IMG/VR virus record: IMGVR_UViG_3300034082_002096
Length of the DNA stretch: 20,000 bases
Strand: one strand, 5' to 3'
DNA from: an uncultured virus (IMG/VR IMGVR_UViG_3300034082_002096)
Lineage: Duplodnaviria > Heunggongvirae > Uroviricota > Caudoviricetes
Below the pieces are notes generated by a model. It ran no database searches. It saw nothing but the letters and a program-made list of their open reading frames with translations, and was not told the DNA's origin. How positions within the stretch are numbered: the first letter of the stretch is position 1; each line of letters opens with the position of its first letter. Shown piece by piece: positions 16,106-20,000 of the stretch. The position numbers and the translations under genes were made by a program.

Positions 16106-16360
16106 TCATATGCATGAATTTGACCAGCGTTCTTCATTTTCTTGTGCAATCTGTTCCCATTCGTCTATCAACTCAAGAACAGTATCACCAGATATTATTT
16201 CAAGTTCTTCCCATGTTGGATCACGTGGTGAACTATAAACACTATGTCCACCAGATTGATAGTGAAAACAACCATCCGTATCTTCGTATATACGAATGCC
16301 GCCCCATTCTTCATAAGTATGCCATTGTTGTTCATACACTAAAATCATTTCAAGATTCAT
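16106..16360 (-). CDS. Hypothetical acidic protein (about 84 aa); start revised to MNLEMILV
   Basis: ORF track 16106..16435; the shorter start avoids a long overlap. Confidence 0.65.
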   Translation of the reverse strand: MNLEMILVYEQQWHTYEEWGGIRIYEDTDGCFHYQSGGHSVYSSPRDPTWEELEIISGDTVLELIDEWEQIAQENEERWSNSCI

Positions 16361-16607
16361 TATGTATAATTTCGCCAACTCTGTTAATACTAATTCCAGA
16401 TACGCCACACATATTATCCGAACTAAACTTTCCAAATTTAGTATCTACATAATCACACAGTGGATATTTTTGAAATACATATGTGCCTTCGACAAGAATA
16501 TGCTCATGACCACCGCCATGATAATAAATTGTAAGTTCTAAAATACCATGCACCTTACCTTCATAGGGTGCCTGATCCCATAAAATATGCTCAATCTTCT
16601 TCATCAT
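16350..16607 (-). CDS. Hypothetical protein (85 aa)
   Basis: ORF track; overlaps both neighbours in an operon-like arrangement. Confidence 0.65.
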   Translation of the reverse strand: MMKKIEHILWDQAPYEGKVHGILELTIYYHGGGHEHILVEGTYVFQKYPLCDYVDTKFGKFSSDNMCGVSGISINRVGEIIHNES

Positions 16608-16980
16608 AATTATCTTTCAATTTTTGTGTAGCAGCGTTTTCATGGAAACGGATGCGAGTGCGAACAAATTTCTTTGCACCTTTTACTGAATGTGCCATGC
16701 CACGATGCCCATTGGAAAAATCATTACCAATTGCTGCACCAATAGACACATCTGCAAATTCTGATTTCCTGCTCCAACTATGCAATGACTTATCAAGATA
16801 GCGAGTTTTGCCAACACGTTGATAAGATTCAGTTGGATCAGTAGATTCAATTTCATGCATAGTTGGTGAATATTCACCACGAAAACTACAGGTAGGAATT
16901 GAATATCCATTATCATAGTTGGTATGACGCAGTGCGACTTTTGCTTTATTTTTGCGACGATGATTTACACTATTTGACAT
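16591..16980 (-). CDS. Hypothetical basic protein (129 aa)
   Basis: ORF track; AAGGA RBS. Confidence 0.75.
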   Translation of the reverse strand: MSNSVNHRRKNKAKVALRHTNYDNGYSIPTCSFRGEYSPTMHEIESTDPTESYQRVGKTRYLDKSLHSWSRKSEFADVSIGAAIGNDFSNGHRGMAHSVKGAKKFVRTRIRFHENAATQKLKDNYDEED

Positions 16981-16989
16981 TTTATTTCC

Positions 16990-17157
16990 TTACCATACAA
17001 AGATCATGAACCACGTAAAAAATATTAAGATAGGTGCAAAAGCAATAGACATATTTTTTAGGTTAGCTGGTTTGCATTGATTTGCAAAATAAAAAGTCCA
17101 TCCTGCTATCCAACACAGTGAAAGAATTAATAATTTCATGAATATGATATCTGTCAT
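16990..17157 (-). CDS. Small membrane protein, 55 aa, 2 TM; not in the ORF track
   Basis: MTDIIFMKLLILSLCWIAGWTFYFANQCKPANLKNMSIAFAPILIFFTWFMIFVW*; GGAG RBS upstream. Confidence 0.7.
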   Translation of the reverse strand: MTDIIFMKLLILSLCWIAGWTFYFANQCKPANLKNMSIAFAPILIFFTWFMIFVW

Positions 17158-17183
17158 TTTGTTTCTCCATTGTTTCTTTGTTT

Positions 17184-17212
17184 GGTATAGAACAAAAAGG
17201 GGTTGTTGTCAA
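17184..17212 (-). promoter_or_regulatory. Sigma70-like promoter TTGACA-17-TATACC overlapping the pnuC terminator
   Basis: The -35 lies in the terminator hairpin; exact 17-bp spacing. Confidence 0.55.
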
Positions 17213-17222
17213 CCCCTTTTTT
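17194..17222. terminator. Bidirectional intrinsic terminator downstream of pnuC
   Basis: aaaaaggggttg-ttgt-caacccctttttt; T-tracts on both strands. Confidence 0.8.
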
Positions 17223-17240
17223 ATTTTTACATATTCGTTT

Positions 17241-17855
17241 TTATTGTTGTGTTTGAGTTTTATATTGCCGATACCATTGGATCAGTCCGAGAGTAGCGAT
17301 AACCAAAAAGATGCTATATACTCCACTCGTGACCATAAGACCTTTGGCCGCATACACATAGATTGCAACTACATCAACTGCAACCCACAATGCCCAACTT
17401 TGCCAGTATTTTGTATTCAACAGAATTTGGGCAAAAACACTCATCCACAAGATAGATGCATCCAAGTAAGGGAACGCTGCACCAACATAAATCATATAGT
17501 ATCCAGTAAGGAAGGTGAGAATACCAATTCCTGCCACAAGAGGAATCCAAAGTAGTGGATTAAATGAGTTTACAAAACCGATGCCTTTTTCTGCACCATA
17601 TTTGCTCCAAGCATACCAACCAGCAAACTGCATTGGAAGAAAGAATGCAAGCTGAAGAATTACGTCACTGTAAAGCTGAACTTGAAAGAACAAATATCCA
17701 AAAAGCAGAACACCAACAATACCCCAACCCCAAGTCCAAATATTATGTTTTGATGCAAGATACACGCAAACGAGGTTTGCAATGCAGCCAGCCAATTCTA
17801 CAAGACCAAGTGGTGAAGCAAAATAGGTGTAGACAGTAGTGATAATTTCCAACAT
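17241..17855 (-). CDS. pnuC: Nicotinamide riboside transporter PnuC
   Basis: Multi-TM 204 aa; LYSD..LQ, GWY.W, PYLDA, AQILL..K.WQSW.LW..VD motifs. Confidence 0.9.
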   Translation of the reverse strand: MLEIITTVYTYFASPLGLVELAGCIANLVCVYLASKHNIWTWGWGIVGVLLFGYLFFQVQLYSDVILQLAFFLPMQFAGWYAWSKYGAEKGIGFVNSFNPLLWIPLVAGIGILTFLTGYYMIYVGAAFPYLDASILWMSVFAQILLNTKYWQSWALWVAVDVVAIYVYAAKGLMVTSGVYSIFLVIATLGLIQWYRQYKTQTQQ

Positions 17856-17875
17856 TTTATTTTCCTTATCCTAGT

Positions 17876-17904
17876 TTAAAGAAAGGCGGGAATTAACCCG
17901 CCTT
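17876..17904 (-). terminator. Intrinsic terminator after the TAXI-like gene
   Basis: Minus strand aaggcggg-ttaatt-cccgcctt followed by tcttt. Confidence 0.78.
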
Positions 17905-17915
17905 CTTATTTTCAT

Positions 17916-18731
17916 TTAGTTTGCTGCACCAGCAACGTCCATCTTGAATTTACGATCATTTTTGTGTTTTGCAGAAACACCGATAAACGACCGAACATGA
18001 TAGACATAGTTTTTTTGAACTTTGTTGTTCGAGTTTTTCACCGAGATTTTTTCGGAAGCATAGAGGGGCAGAGAGTTGAAGATTTCATCATCAATGTCAC
18101 GATCCCAGAAGTAACCAAGGGTCCAACCCTGATCAAGCAGCATTTTGATATGCGGAGAATCTGGTTTGCGGACAAGAATGGCAGCATGAATGTCACCAAA
18201 GTTAGCCATGGTATTCAGCAGATCAGGTGCAGATTCAACCATACCAGCTTTTGCCCAATCGTCTTTGTCGCCATTTTCACCAACTTCAATGGAAACAATA
18301 GTTTTCCAGAACAGTTCTGTGCCAGAACCGATGCCATCAACTGCAATTCGATTTGCAGAAGTAAGTTCATCAAGTTCGCTCATGTCAGAATTTGGAGGGA
18401 AAAGCAAGAACGCCATTTCAGTTCCATAATCTGCAACAGGATCAAGAGTGCAGCCTTCTTTGTGACGGGTATAAACTGCATCAATTTGGGCAGTCCACAC
18501 GTCAGCTTTCCCATTACATGCAGCAAGCGTAATTGCATCACTGCCATTGGTTGCGTTGACTGCAACAGTGGAATACCCACGTTGGGCCAGACGTTCTGCC
18601 ATTTTCATAGAATGCGTATGATAGCCGCCGCCTTCCATACCAGTAGAAATAGCGATAGAAGGTTTATCTTGTGCGAACGCGGCAGTTGCAAGAAGAGCAG
18701 TCATACCAGCGGTAATAAGAAGTTTTTTCAT
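17916..18731 (-). CDS. Secreted TAXI-family (TRAP-type) solute-binding protein, orphan
   Basis: Signal peptide MKKLLITAGMTALLATAAFA-QD; ISTG..GGGY, T.GS, AQ.D, G.GSGT motifs. Confidence 0.75.
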   Translation of the reverse strand: MKKLLITAGMTALLATAAFAQDKPSIAISTGMEGGGYHTHSMKMAERLAQRGYSTVAVNATNGSDAITLAACNGKADVWTAQIDAVYTRHKEGCTLDPVADYGTEMAFLLFPPNSDMSELDELTSANRIAVDGIGSGTELFWKTIVSIEVGENGDKDDWAKAGMVESAPDLLNTMANFGDIHAAILVRKPDSPHIKMLLDQGWTLGYFWDRDIDDEIFNSLPLYASEKISVKNSNNKVQKNYVYHVRSFIGVSAKHKNDRKFKMDVAGAAN

Positions 18732-18770
18732 ATTTTGAACCCTTTCGGTGTTTGTTTGGTCGATGAGATT

Positions 18771-18799
18771 GTTATAGCTGTGATTCGTAGTGTGGTCAA
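18771..18799 (-). promoter_or_regulatory. Sigma70-like promoter TTGACC-17-TATAAC
   Basis: Intergenic, upstream of the TAXI-like gene. Confidence 0.78.
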
Positions 18800-18802
18800 G
18801 AA

Positions 18803-19288
18803 CTATTTTGCAGTGGCAGTAGTTTTCTCAAACATGATATTGTTACAGTCTTCAAGTTTTGCCCAGAACCTTGGCTTTTTCTTTGTAATCATTGTTGGGT
18901 GTGATTTCAAATAAAAAGAAATAGAAGAATAATCAGATGCACCTTTTCGAATATAGATTCTGTCAATTGACAGAATCGTAGATTCTGGTAAGATTACTGT
19001 CATAAAAATAGGAACAAAAAACAATTCTTTGTATTTGTTATACTCATATGTATCTTCTTCACTCCATACTGGATTCGCTTGATGCAACGTGCGATTATAC
19101 TTATTTTGTAATGATCGCATAATTTTATTGTATTCTTTTATATTATTTTTTTGCTGAATCACATCAGGATGCGAATCAAATCCAACAAAAGTTTTCAATC
19201 CGTCATTTCGATATTCGTCATACAATTTAAATGACCAATCATTTGTCAACCGAATATGATCAGCAATTTCTGGAATATATAGCTGCAT
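18803..19288 (-). CDS. Hypothetical phage protein (161 aa)
   Basis: ORF track; conserved-looking blocks LYIPE...L..DW.F.LY.EYRN, IDRIYIRKG, RFWAKL.DCN. Confidence 0.8.
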   Translation of the reverse strand: MQLYIPEIADHIRLTNDWSFKLYDEYRNDGLKTFVGFDSHPDVIQQKNNIKEYNKIMRSLQNKYNRTLHQANPVWSEEDTYEYNKYKELFFVPIFMTVILPESTILSIDRIYIRKGASDYSSISFYLKSHPTMITKKKPRFWAKLEDCNNIMFEKTTATAK

Positions 19289-19290
19289 AA

Positions 19291-19737
19291 TTAATTACCA
19301 CTATTGTTACGGTTATTATTGTTATTATTACGATCAAGTGAGTCGGTTTTTTCTACAATCATTTCTTCTAATTGTAGAGATACAATAGATTGAACATCTT
19401 GAAACATCTTTTTTGCAGATTCATCTGTTACGATAACTTCTGCACCTTCGCTTGCAATGATCAAATAAAATGTATCTTTACTTGGAATAGAATATGAAAT
19501 GATACCAAGAACGGTAGCTGTCCAAAAAAACAATTGTTGAATTTTTGGGATATGGGTATACCATCCTTTCATAAATGGATTTTCACTTGTGTTTGTATTT
19601 TCTGGTCCGACTTCAAATAGTCGGATAACAGAAATAATAATCCATCCTAGTAGTGCTAAAAACGAAAGAACAGACCATGCTGTTGCCATTGCAGGAAGAA
19701 CATCAGCAAAATAAAGTAACCAAGATAATGAATTCAT
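19291..19737 (-). CDS. Membrane protein (148 aa, 2 TM) with Asn-rich C-terminus
   Basis: Hydrophobic segments; AAGGA RBS; tail RNNNNNNRNNSGN. Confidence 0.8.
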   Translation of the reverse strand: MNSLSWLLYFADVLPAMATAWSVLSFLALLGWIIISVIRLFEVGPENTNTSENPFMKGWYTHIPKIQQLFFWTATVLGIISYSIPSKDTFYLIIASEGAEVIVTDESAKKMFQDVQSIVSLQLEEMIVEKTDSLDRNNNNNNRNNSGN

Positions 19738-19749
19738 TTTGAAATTTCC

Positions 19750-19968
19750 TTAAATATATTTTGAAAGTTGAGTTTCCAACCATTTCAGATAAGTAATGGT
19801 TTTGTCTGTATTGCTATTGACGTATCTGGTATACATTCTATCAGAAATAGAATCATGTTCTACTTCAAAATATTTATTCCAAGGAAAAATGTTATTGCTA
19901 CCTAGATACAGTGTGTCTTCTAGTTTGTAGAAACCAGCTTCACGGGCAGTCAATTTTGGCTTTCCCAA
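19750..19968 (-). CDS. Hypothetical protein (about 72 aa); start may be the in-frame ATG at 19977
   Basis: ORF track; the annotated start is TTG and an in-frame ATG lies 3 codons upstream. Confidence 0.6.
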   Translation of the reverse strand: MGKPKLTAREAGFYKLEDTLYLGSNNIFPWNKYFEVEHDSISDRMYTRYVNSNTDKTITYLKWLETQLSKYI

Positions 19969-20000
19969 CTTGTCATAATAATTCGCAGTTTCGAACTTAC

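Noticed and set aside
17856..17915. NAD+-II (pnuC) riboswitch upstream of pnuC
   Set aside because: The 60-bp gap is accounted for by a simple terminator and RBS; no riboswitch structure is recognisable by eye.
17964..18914. 316-aa plus-strand ORF
   Set aside because: Antisense shadow of the TAXI-like gene, with no RBS or recognisable motifs; all well-supported genes are on the minus strand.
1..20000. tRNA, rRNA, transposase, integrase or introns
   Set aside because: Intergenic gaps are short and explained by promoters and hairpins; no cloverleaf or recombinase motifs were seen, and the recognised genes appear uninterrupted.

Overview
AT-rich, gene-dense window with about 35 short and medium ORFs, all credible ones on the minus strand, punctuated by sigma70-type promoters (TTGACN-16/17 bp-TANNNN). 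This layout is typical of the accessory/early region of a large lytic bacteriophage (inferred; no structural or replication genes are present). The main content is an unusually complete NAD+ module spread over about 16 kb: NAMPT/NadV, NadM-Nudix directly followed by an NH3-dependent NadE-family synthetase, HTH-less NadR, and PnuC. Around it are GMP reductase (guaC), a MazG-like pyrophosphatase, an HD hydrolase, a metallophosphoesterase, a Thg1-like guanylyltransferase, a partial nucleotidyltransferase and an orphan TAXI-type solute-binding protein. A free-standing protein with six 49-50 aa Cys/His-containing tandem repeats and a C-terminal GIY-YIG-like (T5orf172/MUG113-type) nuclease domain sits just upstream of nadR. 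The most notable candidates are (1) a multi-route phage NAD+ reconstitution system that may include a Francisella-like NadE + NadM route and (2) the modular repeat nuclease. All product calls come from motif recognition by eye; no database searches were run.
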